This document shows, piece after piece, positions 18,759-27,860 of a DNA stretch of 64,000 nt. Position numbers and translations under genes: made by a program. Numbering within the stretch: the first letter of the stretch is position 1; the number at the start of each line of letters is the position of its first letter. Source of the stretch: Nitrososphaeria archaeon. GTDB taxonomy: Archaea; Thermoproteota; Nitrososphaeria; Nitrososphaerales; JACAEJ01. Location of the stretch: positions 3,577 to 67,576 of the forward strand of contig JARVKB010000012.1 of assembly GCA_029775925.1 (NCBI GenBank), given 5' to 3'. The notes beneath the pieces are model-generated. The model was not told the DNA's origin. It saw only the letters and a program-made list of their open reading frames with translations, and ran no database searches.

Positions 18759-19841
18759 ATGGTAAAAGTAATAGGAATAGACCCTGGTACAAAAAGCTAT
18801 GATTTTTGTGGCTTAGATGATAATAATTTATTTATGGATACTACTATTCCTACTGAAGATATATTAAAAGATCCTGAATTGGTTGTAAAACTTCTAAAGT
18901 CAGTAATGCCATTAGATCTTATAGTCGGGCCTTCTGGTTATGGTTTACCTTTAACTCATATTAGTAATATTGATGATAAGAAGCTCTTTTTAATGACTCT
19001 AATTATGTCTAATTCAAAGAAAAAAGAAAACTTAGGATTAAGAAAAGTTTTGAATGTTTTAATAAAAGAGAATTTTAACATTTACTTCATTCCTGGAATC
19101 ATTCATATGTCTACAGTACCTAATCATAGAAAAGTAAATAAAATTGATATGGGAACTGCGGATAAGCTTTGTTGTGCTGCTTTAGGTATCTTTGATCAAG
19201 CAAGACATTATAACATAAACTATGATGAAGTTTCTTTCATACTTGTAGAGATGGGTTATGGCTTTAATGCTATAATTGGAGTTGAGAAAGGACAGATAGT
19301 GGATGGCATAGGAGGAACATCAGGCAGCATAGGATTCTTATCTCTTGGAGCGATCGATGGCGAGATTGCATATTTATTAAATAAAATTGATAAGAGTACT
19401 CTTCGTCAAGGCGGTTTAGCATATATAGTAGGGGATGAAAGAATTACTCCAGAGGAGTTTGTAATGAAAATTTGTAATGAACGATTTAGTTTAGCATGGG
19501 AAGCTTTTATAGAAGGGATAGAGAAAGGAGTTGCCCAAATGAGAATATCTGTTAAAAAGCCTAGGGAGATTTTATTGTCTGGAAGGCTTTGTAAAGTGAA
19601 GAGAATTTATGATGAACTTTCTAAAAGATTATCTTCTTTAGGAAAAGTTAGAAGGATAGATGGATTCGCAAAAGTGGCAAAAGAAGCTGCTCAAGGAGCA
19701 GCATTGATAGCAAATGGACTAGCAGATGGTGAATATAAAAAAATTGTTGATGTTATGAAGATAAAAGAAGCAAAAGGTACATTATTTGATCATATTTATC
19801 TTAAAGCAATGGAAGAAATAAAGCACAAGTATGAGGTCTAA
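18759..19841 (+). CDS. ASKHA-fold protein, DUF1464 family (predicted butyrate-kinase-like)
   Basis: 360 aa. N-terminal phosphate-1 motif VIGIDPGTKSYDF and later GTADK and GGTSG motifs consistent with an actin/sugar-kinase fold. Confidence 0.5.
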   Translation: MVKVIGIDPGTKSYDFCGLDDNNLFMDTTIPTEDILKDPELVVKLLKSVMPLDLIVGPSGYGLPLTHISNIDDKKLFLMTLIMSNSKKKENLGLRKVLNVLIKENFNIYFIPGIIHMSTVPNHRKVNKIDMGTADKLCCAALGIFDQARHYNINYDEVSFILVEMGYGFNAIIGVEKGQIVDGIGGTSGSIGFLSLGAIDGEIAYLLNKIDKSTLRQGGLAYIVGDERITPEEFVMKICNERFSLAWEAFIEGIEKGVAQMRISVKKPREILLSGRLCKVKRIYDELSKRLSSLGKVRRIDGFAKVAKEAAQGAALIANGLADGEYKKIVDVMKIKEAKGTLFDHIYLKAMEEIKHKYEV

Positions 19842-19844
19842 TCG

Positions 19845-20729
19845 TTAATCTTTCTGCCTTAATATTTGACTTATATAATCTATGGGAGATTCCATTCTCT
19901 TCAGCTTATCTTTTGTATCCCATATCACTGGTTCTTGAATGAACCTATCTACAAGGCTCTTTAACTCTTCATAACTATTCGCACCATAGACTGGCAAACC
20001 CTTATCCTTAAGATATTTTAGCACGCTCAAAGCCATACTGCTGATACCTTTAGTATACATGATCGTAGGAACGCCTAAAAGGCATGCTTCCTTACCAACT
20101 GTACTACCGCAAAGAGTAACTACACAATACGAGTTTGCTATAAGTTTGATCATATCATCAAAACCCTCATATCTCTTCGCATAGTATAAATTGTCAAACT
20201 CTTTGGTCAATAAATCGAATTCGTTAAACTCGTAGTCTACATAGGACGCTCTCTTTTCAGGCTCCCTCACTAATACATACTTGGGCTTCCAGTTTAGCTT
20301 CACTTTCCTAATCCACGCTACTTCTTTTACACCATCATAATCTTGAACGATCGCTGATGACTTAATAGGCCATAAATCTTTGCTCCATACAGGCATTATG
20401 TGATAATTGCACAAAGGTAAGAGAAGCTTTGCTACATGAATGCTCCAAGGTGTATCATCACTAGTGATTATGGGTTTAAGTCCAAGTCCATAGGCTACTC
20501 TTGCGCCTTCTACACTTGAATGTGTATAGAAGGCATAGCCCTTAAGCTCCTTAGCATATCCTGCCAATTCTTTCATCCTTTGAATGGATGCCATGAGCTT
20601 GTCATAAGGGTCTTTTCCTCCATGCTTACCAATGACTTCAAAGTTTAAACCCAGAAACTTTGCCATTTTTTCTGTGCCTGCTCCTTCTCTTACTGAGACT
20701 TTCACTTCTATATCTAGCTCGTCTATCAA
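19845..20729 (-). CDS. DUF354 family protein (GT-B/epimerase-like). The true N-terminus is probably at 20789 or 20786 via a non-canonical start
   Basis: The track ORF starts at TTG 20729. The in-frame upstream codons encode IIDKLWIDCTDPASVRLAKVL, which matches the family N-terminus (MKIWIDI.hP.hv.ff..li.eL). EVIGKHGGK is also present. See findings. Confidence 0.6.
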   Translation of the reverse strand: MIDELDIEVKVSVREGAGTEKMAKFLGLNFEVIGKHGGKDPYDKLMASIQRMKELAGYAKELKGYAFYTHSSVEGARVAYGLGLKPIITSDDTPWSIHVAKLLLPLCNYHIMPVWSKDLWPIKSSAIVQDYDGVKEVAWIRKVKLNWKPKYVLVREPEKRASYVDYEFNEFDLLTKEFDNLYYAKRYEGFDDMIKLIANSYCVVTLCGSTVGKEACLLGVPTIMYTKGISSMALSVLKYLKDKGLPVYGANSYEELKSLVDRFIQEPVIWDTKDKLKRMESPIDYISQILRQKD

Positions 20730-20778
20730 AACCTTCGCTAGTCTTACTGATGCTGGATCTGTGCAATCAATCCATAAT

Positions 20779-21648
20779 TTATCTATAATAAGATACCACC
20801 TCTTCGATTCCTTTTTTCAGATCTAGATGCTTCGGCTCGAATCCATAAGACTTTAGCCTATCAATTTTAGGGTAGAGCTTGAAAGCAATATCCTTATCCC
20901 TGCATGGCAAATACTCTACACTACAACCCAATAAAGAGCTTATAACCTCTGCAAGATCCTTGTAGCTTCTTGGTACACCGCTACCTACATTATACACTTT
21001 ACATGTTTCTAGATTCTTTAACCCTAGCTCGTATGCTTGGCATAAATCTAAAACATGCGTGAAATCCGTCTTCTGCTCACCATAGCAGAATACTTTTATG
21101 TGCTTTTTATACAAAGCATTTTCTACAAGAATTTTTACAATACCTGACGTTACGCCTTTGCCATAAACTTCAAAGCCTCTAAAGATAACACATGGCAAGC
21201 CTAACTTACAATATCTTAATACAAGGTACTCTGTAGCTATTTTGGATGCTGCGTAGCCACTTAAAGGGTTAAGATTTGAGTTTTCATCAATGGGTTCGTC
21301 CTTAGTAGGCAAGCCATACACAGTAGAGCTGCTCATATACACGAATCTCTTTACACCTACTCTTAAAGAAGCCTCAAGAACGTTCAAGTTCATCGTTAGG
21401 TTATCTCTTATGAGATTAAATTCTTCATCCTTCATTATTACAGCAAGATGTATCACATAGTCTGGCTTAAAGTCCTTGAATAATTTATACGTGTTATCGA
21501 AATCTGTAAGATCACATGTTAACACATTTTCTTTTGCTATCTTATCTATGCCCAGAGTTTCATAACCTTTTTCACGAAAATAATTTAGAGCATGAGATCC
21601 TATGAATCCACTAGCACCTGTAATGATCAGCCTATGCATATCGAGCAT
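20779..21648 (-). CDS. NAD-dependent nucleotide-sugar epimerase/dehydratase (SDR family)
   Basis: 289 aa. Rossmann motif ITGASGFIGSH, catalytic YAASK (YxxxK), MSSSTVYG. Confidence 0.85.
   Translation of the reverse strand: MLDMHRLIITGASGFIGSHALNYFREKGYETLGIDKIAKENVLTCDLTDFDNTYKLFKDFKPDYVIHLAVIMKDEEFNLIRDNLTMNLNVLEASLRVGVKRFVYMSSSTVYGLPTKDEPIDENSNLNPLSGYAASKIATEYLVLRYCKLGLPCVIFRGFEVYGKGVTSGIVKILVENALYKKHIKVFCYGEQKTDFTHVLDLCQAYELGLKNLETCKVYNVGSGVPRSYKDLAEVISSLLGCSVEYLPCRDKDIAFKLYPKIDRLKSYGFEPKHLDLKKGIEEVVSYYR
20797..20802 (-). promoter_or_regulatory. Shine-Dalgarno-like GAGGTG, 7 nt upstream of ATT (20789) of the DUF354 gene
   Basis: The minus strand reads gaaGAGGTGgtatcttATTATAgataaattatggattgat. 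Confidence 0.4.
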
Positions 21649-22048
21649 TTATTCATCATTAATAAAAGATTTATGATACAGATCTAATCAAGAATATGCC
21701 ATAAAATTCATTAAACTAATTTGATGCGTAGGAAGGCTTTTTTGCCACTATTACGATTTCTGAGCATAACTTTTGTAGAAAGATGCTGGATTCTGCCAAC
21801 CTATCTAAGTCTCTCGTTCCTATGGACAAATTATCGAAAACGGCTTTCATTATCTTGAACTTCGAATATTAAAAAGCCCTCTTAAACAAGAAACTCAGAA
21901 AACCATGAGAGGATACATGCTCTATTAGAAAATTCTTCCTTACTTCATCAATCAACTCTTTTGGATCGAATGGTCATCAAGCAATATACTTAATGTAAAT
22001 TAGAAAGAAAAGATATTAATAAGATTTTAAACCATCATAAGTAAGAAA

Positions 22049-23173
22049 TTGTCTATCTCTGTAGGAAAGATAATGGGAGTAAAGATAAGACTGCATTACA
22101 CATGGTTCATCATCTTCGTTTTTATCACATGGACTCTGGCATCTTTCTACATGCCTGATCAATACCCGGGATTGACCTATGAAGTATATTGGATAACAGG
22201 TTTCATCTCTTCTGTAATACTCTTCTCTTCTGTCCTCTTCCATGAACTTTTCCATACCTATTTTGCTTTAAAAAAAGGAATCCCGGTTCCAAGCATTACC
22301 CTATTTCTTTTTGGTGGTGTAACTCAGATAGCAGAAGAACCTCAAGACCCAGATTTTGAGCTTAAGATGGCTTTTGCAGGTCCCGCTTCAAGCTTTTTTC
22401 TCTCTTTTATATTTGGCTTAGCTTGGCTTTTGGCGCTACAGTTAAATTTACCACCGATAATTACTGCCCCTTTAAATTATGGTTGGCTGATAAATGCCCT
22501 ACTTGGAGCTTTTAACCTCATACCAGCCTTTCCAATGGATGGTGGAAGAATATTACGCGCTGCTATCTGGAAGTTAAAGAAGGATCTTATAGTAGCTACA
22601 AGGATAGCTTCCAATGCTGGAGGAGCTATAGCTTATCTTTTCATCTTCTTTGGTCTCTTCTTGATTCTTTTTGGCGGACTAATATTGGGGTTTTGGTTCA
22701 TATTAATAGGCTGGTTTATAAAAAGTGGGGCAGAAGCAAGCCTAAACCAAACCATAATAAGCCAAGCGTTATCCGATGTTAAAATTAGCGATATAATGAC
22801 AAAAGAGGTACACGTGATCTCTCCTAATGAATTTATATCAGATGCTGTAGAGAACTACTTCTACAAATATAAGCATGGAGGCTTTCCAGTAGCAGAAGAT
22901 GGTAACCTTCTTGGCATGATAACCATTCAGGACATTCGTAAAGTAAATAAAGAGAGATGGAAAGAATTGCAAGTTAAAGATGTAATGACGAGTTCTGAGA
23001 AATTAATTAAATCTCAACCCGAAGAGCCAGTAGCAAGCGCCTTTATCAAACTCTCCAATCATAATATTGGAAGGTTGCCTGTAGTTAAAGATGGGAAATT
23101 GGTAGGAATAATCACAAGAAGTGATATAATCCGTGCCGTAAGGGTAAAGACAGAACTTGCAGGTAAAAGATAA
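22049..23173 (+). CDS. M50 site-2 protease family metalloprotease with tandem CBS domains
   Basis: 374 aa. HELFHTY (HExxH), NLIPAFPMDGGR, then two CBS-like repeats (IMTKEVHVISP..., GRLPVVKDGKLVGIITRSDI). Confidence 0.85.
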   Translation: MSISVGKIMGVKIRLHYTWFIIFVFITWTLASFYMPDQYPGLTYEVYWITGFISSVILFSSVLFHELFHTYFALKKGIPVPSITLFLFGGVTQIAEEPQDPDFELKMAFAGPASSFFLSFIFGLAWLLALQLNLPPIITAPLNYGWLINALLGAFNLIPAFPMDGGRILRAAIWKLKKDLIVATRIASNAGGAIAYLFIFFGLFLILFGGLILGFWFILIGWFIKSGAEASLNQTIISQALSDVKISDIMTKEVHVISPNEFISDAVENYFYKYKHGGFPVAEDGNLLGMITIQDIRKVNKERWKELQVKDVMTSSEKLIKSQPEEPVASAFIKLSNHNIGRLPVVKDGKLVGIITRSDIIRAVRVKTELAGKR

Positions 23174-23322
23174 CAGTAAAAATTGAAATTAAACTCATTT
23201 CTAATTATAATGTTAAGTCTTAAAGCAGTCGACAAACTTGCTGGAGATACCTCATAAAGAAGGAGTTAAAATTTAAGGCATTTGCCAAATTTTTTATTAC
23301 ATGCTTTTTCCGTTTATTAATA

Positions 23323-23432
23323 CGCCGGGAGTGGGATTCGAACCCACGAGACCCAAAAAGGGTCACGGGCTCTCAAGGCCCGCGCATTAGTCCACTCTGC
23401 CATCGGATTGGAATCCCTCCCAAAATCCCGGC
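23323..23432 (-). tRNA. tRNA-Ser (anticodon UGA) with an apparent 23-nt non-canonical intron (23403-23425) between acceptor stem and D arm
   Basis: Minus strand: GCCGGGA [UUUUGGGAGGGAUUCCAAUCCGA] UG GCAGAGUGGACUAAUGC G CGGGC CUUGAGA GCCCG UGACCCUUUUUGGGUCUC GUGGG UUCGAAU CCCAC UCCCGGC G. After removing the bracketed segment it has a perfect 7-bp acceptor, 5-bp anticodon and T stems, and the long variable arm typical of Ser. No encoded CCA. Confidence 0.8.
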
Positions 23433-23680
23433 AAGCTAGTTCCCGGCGCCATTTGACAATACTTGATATCTTACCCATGTTAAAATCCTTACGGAAGAAC
23501 TAAGATTAATGTTCTTCTTGATATTAAGAATTTTTACTTTTTATTACATGTGGTTAAAAATACGCTGGTTAGATTATTATTCACTTACCAGTAATAAATA
23601 ATTATTTTTTTATGAAACTTTTTATGAATAATTTTGAATTTTTAATGATTCGAAAATCGCGATTGCATAAATTTATGAGA

Positions 23681-23696
23681 TTAGTCAATTGACTAA
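23681..23696. promoter_or_regulatory. Perfect 16-bp palindrome TTAGTCAATTGACTAA upstream of the decarboxylase gene (candidate operator)
   Basis: Read directly. A second 10-bp palindrome AATCGCGATT lies at 23655-23664. Both are 70-110 bp upstream of the ORF start at 23767. Confidence 0.3.
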
Positions 23697-23766
23697 AATG
23701 TTTTAGTTGAATTTTTGTGAAGGATAATGTTTTTAAGCAAAAATAGTTAATGTACGCCCTAAAGAA

Positions 23767-25086
23767 ATGGTTGAAGTCGCTTACCATTATTTTCCGAAAA
23801 TAGAGGTTTCGAGCCCTATCGTCGATCAACAAGTTCTTTATGATTTAGCAAAAGAATATGGCACTCCATTTTTCCTTATAGACGAGTATATACTTCGATC
23901 TAAATTGAGGGAATTAAAAGATGGTTTCAAAGATTTCTTTAATACTGTCAAAATCGCTTTTTCTATGAAAGCCAACTTTAACCCTTCAGTCATAAAGACC
24001 TTCATTTCCGAGAACACTCTTTTCGATGTTACATCACTAGGTGAACTTTTCTTTTACCTAAAGTGTGGCGGTTCAACTGAAAATGTTATTTACACTAGCG
24101 TCACAGAAACTAAAGAAGAGTTTTATGAAGTACTAGAAAACGGCGTTAGGCTTATAGTGATTAGTTCATTTAACGGTCTTTTGAATTTGATTGATGTTGC
24201 CTCAGAAAAAGGCGTCATACCAAGTGTAATGATTAGAGTCAATCCTGAAGTAGGTGTAAAAGCTGAAGTGAGAGCCTGTTATAGACATGGTAAATTCGGG
24301 GTACCTTTAAATGGTTCTACTGTAGATAGTGCTTCAAACCTACTAAGAAAGATCATCAATAGTAAGAACTTAACCTTTGAAGGTTTTCACTTTCATTTAG
24401 GTTCTCAGATAGAAAACCCTGTCTGTTTCGTTAATGCTTTGGAAAAATTAGAGGCTTTCATTATTAAAATGCGGAAAGAATTCCCTGATTTACATGTAAA
24501 GACCATTGACATAGGTGGTGGCACTCCTGTATCATATGGAAGTCCAGTCCCTAGCCCATCAGAAATTGGTAGTATTATAACAAAAAGACTTAACTTAATG
24601 GTTCAAAACCTTGGTGATAAGTTCACGCTTATAGTCGAAAGTGGGCGGTTTCTATCTGCTGAAGCTTGTATACTGGTCTCGAAAATAATCAATTTAAAAG
24701 TCTATGAAGGACATAAGTTCATTTTTGTAGACGCTGGCTATCATCTCCTCTTAGATGCTGCTTTGCTTCGTCAAGAATATCCTCAAGAAGTCATACCTTA
24801 TGTAGAGAATAATGATAATCTAAAGATCAATCTTGCAGGCAGATTATGTGATACTTATGACATCTTTCCTTTATCTCCTGCTTCTAAGCTATCAGGGGCT
24901 GAACTGGGCAAGCTAATAGTATTCAGAAATGTTGGTGCCTATTCTATAGTCTTTAACATGCCTTTTCATTGTCAGACAAAGCCCCCTATAATTATGAGGA
25001 AGATGAATGGTGAATTCGTTCTAGTCAGAAAGGGTGAAACCATAGAAGAACTTTTCGAGGAAGAAGGTGGTAATCTCGACCCTTAG
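23767..25086 (+). CDS. PLP-dependent Orn/DAP/Arg decarboxylase family (fold III); substrate not assignable
   Basis: 439 aa. PLP-lysine region AFSMKANFNP, HFHLGSQ, IDIGGGTP, ESGRFL, CDTYD, which is the canonical motif order of LysA/SpeC-type decarboxylases. Confidence 0.75.
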   Translation: MVEVAYHYFPKIEVSSPIVDQQVLYDLAKEYGTPFFLIDEYILRSKLRELKDGFKDFFNTVKIAFSMKANFNPSVIKTFISENTLFDVTSLGELFFYLKCGGSTENVIYTSVTETKEEFYEVLENGVRLIVISSFNGLLNLIDVASEKGVIPSVMIRVNPEVGVKAEVRACYRHGKFGVPLNGSTVDSASNLLRKIINSKNLTFEGFHFHLGSQIENPVCFVNALEKLEAFIIKMRKEFPDLHVKTIDIGGGTPVSYGSPVPSPSEIGSIITKRLNLMVQNLGDKFTLIVESGRFLSAEACILVSKIINLKVYEGHKFIFVDAGYHLLLDAALLRQEYPQEVIPYVENNDNLKINLAGRLCDTYDIFPLSPASKLSGAELGKLIVFRNVGAYSIVFNMPFHCQTKPPIIMRKMNGEFVLVRKGETIEELFEEEGGNLDP

Positions 25087-25132
25087 ACTTAATTTTCATC
25101 AATATTTTATTTTTAAATTTAAGTTAAATTAA

Positions 25133-26398
25133 TCAATCTTTTGCCAGAGAAATTATTAAAGGTAAAACCTCAGCCCCTTTTAAAGTCCCTAAACTTCCTT
25201 TAGAAGCCTCTTTCTCAGTGAATCTACATGTACCATCTCTGGTAATATTAATTCCAGATACGAGCAATGGTACGGGATCTGCACTATGATTCTTTATTTG
25301 GCAAGGCGTTGAATGATCTGCAGATACACCAATTATGACTTTATCTAAATTGGTAAGCTTTAATAAATTTCCAAAGAAATTTGAGTCGATTTCTTCTATA
25401 ACTTTTTTCTTTAAGATAGCATCTCCATCATGTCCAGGTTCATCAGGCCCCTTTATATGTACATAAACACAATCATAACTTTCCAGTAACTCACTAACTT
25501 TTTTGGCTTTGTTTTCATAATCATTTATTACACCCGATTCGATTTCAACCATCCCAGTTAGCCTTGCTATTCCCCTCTCTACGGGCATATCCAATAAACA
25601 CGCAAACTTTAATCCATACTTCTCATCAAGTCTTTTAATTTTAGGTAAAGAATTCCCTGCATCTCTTAATAATATTGCGTTGGCAGGCTTTTTACCATTT
25701 TTCTCTCTAGACAAATTTACAGGATGATTCTTTAAAATTTCTATTGATTTCTCAGTAAATTCGTTAACTAGATCTGTAGAGAGCCTTGTCTCGAATTTAT
25801 CATCTAACGCTCGAACTTTTTGTAACCTTAAGACTTTTTTCTCCACCTTTGCAACTCCAATCCCCCTAAACCTTGTGTAGGCTGGATCTGAGTTGGATAT
25901 ATTTGATGACAATACTATGCCTTCAACTCTAATCACTAAAGTCGCTCTGTGAGCTATTGTTGATAAAAATTCAAAATGAGCCTTAGGGTAAGATAATTTT
26001 ACTTGTCTATTGATAGATTCTGCAAGTATTCGTGCTTCTTCGCTTGATAAGTCTCTTCCAGCCCTTCTATCCAGTATGTTCATATCTTCATCAATAGTTG
26101 CAAAATTAGCCCTTAGAGCAAGATCCCCATCTTTAAAATTGACTCCTGCGCCTACAGCTTCTATGACGCCTCTTCCAACGTAACCTTCTTTGAATTCGTA
26201 ACCGAGCATGTTAAATACTGCTATATCTGATTCAGGCGAGATATCTTTTCCTACAGGGTATACAAGACCGCTCTTTCCTCTTCTTGCTAATAAGTCTAAG
26301 TTTGGTGTATAGGCCGCTTCTAAAGGCGTGATGTAATTTAGTCTTGGATCTGGTCTATCTCCTACGCCATCGAGAAGAATATAGATTATTTTGTTCAT
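25133..26398 (-). CDS. apgM: 2,3-bisphosphoglycerate-independent phosphoglycerate mutase, archaeal type
   Basis: 421 aa. IYILLDGVGDRP N-terminus, HIKGPDEPGHDGD, SADHSTP. The ATG overlaps the stop of the upstream GH57 gene (ATGA, 26395-26398). Confidence 0.8.
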   Translation of the reverse strand: MNKIIYILLDGVGDRPDPRLNYITPLEAAYTPNLDLLARRGKSGLVYPVGKDISPESDIAVFNMLGYEFKEGYVGRGVIEAVGAGVNFKDGDLALRANFATIDEDMNILDRRAGRDLSSEEARILAESINRQVKLSYPKAHFEFLSTIAHRATLVIRVEGIVLSSNISNSDPAYTRFRGIGVAKVEKKVLRLQKVRALDDKFETRLSTDLVNEFTEKSIEILKNHPVNLSREKNGKKPANAILLRDAGNSLPKIKRLDEKYGLKFACLLDMPVERGIARLTGMVEIESGVINDYENKAKKVSELLESYDCVYVHIKGPDEPGHDGDAILKKKVIEEIDSNFFGNLLKLTNLDKVIIGVSADHSTPCQIKNHSADPVPLLVSGINITRDGTCRFTEKEASKGSLGTLKGAEVLPLIISLAKD

Positions 26399-27798
26399 GG
26401 CTTACCATCATTATTCTTGGCTATAGGAACTTGTTGAGTTTGCTGAATTTTCGATTTTCTTATTCTCTGAACTATTGTGGCTACTTTTCCTTCAAAATCT
26501 GTGAAAGCTGAATTAAATACTGCGAAGGCTTCAGCGGGAGAGCTGTAATGGCTATAATACAACTTTGCTGATTCTAATTCTTTTTTAGTTGACATATAAA
26601 GAAGATGATCGCTTTGCTGAAAGAGTCTCCATATTTTTATAATGCCGATATCATTTATCTCTTTTATATAGGGTGCTAGATTTTGAATTCTGTCAAAACT
26701 TATCCTTTGCATAGGATTTTCCAGCCATGGACTCATATCTTTGTTATTGACCCAGGATATAGTCTCAACTTCTGGAACTATAATGGTTCCATTCGGTTGA
26801 TTTTCTTTTATGACTTCTGTTGGTGTACTCCATCTTAAATTTTTTTTGGCTACCCCAATGGACAACTTTTTAAGGAAATCAAATATGCCTGTATCTTCAG
26901 AATTATACTCACCGAAAGTTTCTATCTCTAAAACGATTGATATAACTTCTCCAGGGGTAGCGGCAAGCCAGTCACAAAACTTTTCAACAGTCAAAGGAAA
27001 TTCATTCCATGTCTTATCTGAGAATCTGAATCTTATATCATCAGATAATCTATGATGTCTAAATAATATCTTAACTCCTCTTTCCCCTGGTGATGAGTAT
27101 ACATAATTAGGAGACCTTGCTCCAAGGATATTATCTGCTCCTTCTGTTAAAATACCTTCATAACCGATTTTCCCTACAGCTTTAGCTATAGAATCATTGT
27201 AAATAAGTTCTGTATTCTGGAAAACATTTGGTTCCACCCCAAACAATCTTATCATTAAATCTCGATGTATTTTTGCTTGCTCAATAAACTCCGTCTTATC
27301 TCCTGAATAAACACTAGCCAGTGAATTATAATAATTTCCTCCTAGAATCTCTATATGATTTTTAGCAACTAGTCTTCTTAAGAATTCTATGAATTCAGGC
27401 TTGTATCTTATCGCTTGCTCAATGAAAAGTCCGCTTAAAAAAAGAGATAATTTAAAGGGCTTATCTGATTTTTCAGTAGAATTCATCATTTCCATTAAAA
27501 CATTAAAAGTTGGATTATAGCATTTTTTTAGCAATTTATTAAAAACTTCTTGGTTCAGCTTATCATCAAAGTACCTGTCCATCAAAGTTTCTCCTTCTGC
27601 CATCCTTTTTATTCTTTCATAAGGAAAATTTCTGTTTAACTTTATTGGTTGGTGAATGATAAGGGAAAGACAAATACTTTTACCATCTATGAGTTTATCC
27701 TTTTTTTGTCCCTCTGAATGAATCAAAGTTTTCAATCCATTGATATGGTATGCGTTTGTCTTTATAAGTATAAAGCTTATAAGAATTCGTTTAGACAT
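26395..27798 (-). CDS. Glycoside hydrolase family 57 protein (alpha-amylase / alpha-glucan-acting enzyme)
   Basis: 467 aa. LSLIIHQPIKL (H-Q-P start of GH57), EILGGNYYNSLASVY, QNTELIYND, IETFGEY. The start is uncertain because the first ~36 aa look non-native. Confidence 0.65.
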   Translation of the reverse strand: MSKRILISFILIKTNAYHINGLKTLIHSEGQKKDKLIDGKSICLSLIIHQPIKLNRNFPYERIKRMAEGETLMDRYFDDKLNQEVFNKLLKKCYNPTFNVLMEMMNSTEKSDKPFKLSLFLSGLFIEQAIRYKPEFIEFLRRLVAKNHIEILGGNYYNSLASVYSGDKTEFIEQAKIHRDLMIRLFGVEPNVFQNTELIYNDSIAKAVGKIGYEGILTEGADNILGARSPNYVYSSPGERGVKILFRHHRLSDDIRFRFSDKTWNEFPLTVEKFCDWLAATPGEVISIVLEIETFGEYNSEDTGIFDFLKKLSIGVAKKNLRWSTPTEVIKENQPNGTIIVPEVETISWVNNKDMSPWLENPMQRISFDRIQNLAPYIKEINDIGIIKIWRLFQQSDHLLYMSTKKELESAKLYYSHYSSPAEAFAVFNSAFTDFEGKVATIVQRIRKSKIQQTQQVPIAKNNDGKP

Positions 27799-27860
27799 AA
27801 AAAACTTCCTATCATGCTAAAGATTATTAATCATAATGATTAATATAAACAGGATAAAAT

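Noticed and set aside
21649-22048. 400-bp gap between the epimerase and the S2P/CBS gene, with 29-45-aa ORFs
   Set aside because: No motif, repeat or RNA-like structure was recognised. It is most simply a divergent promoter region.
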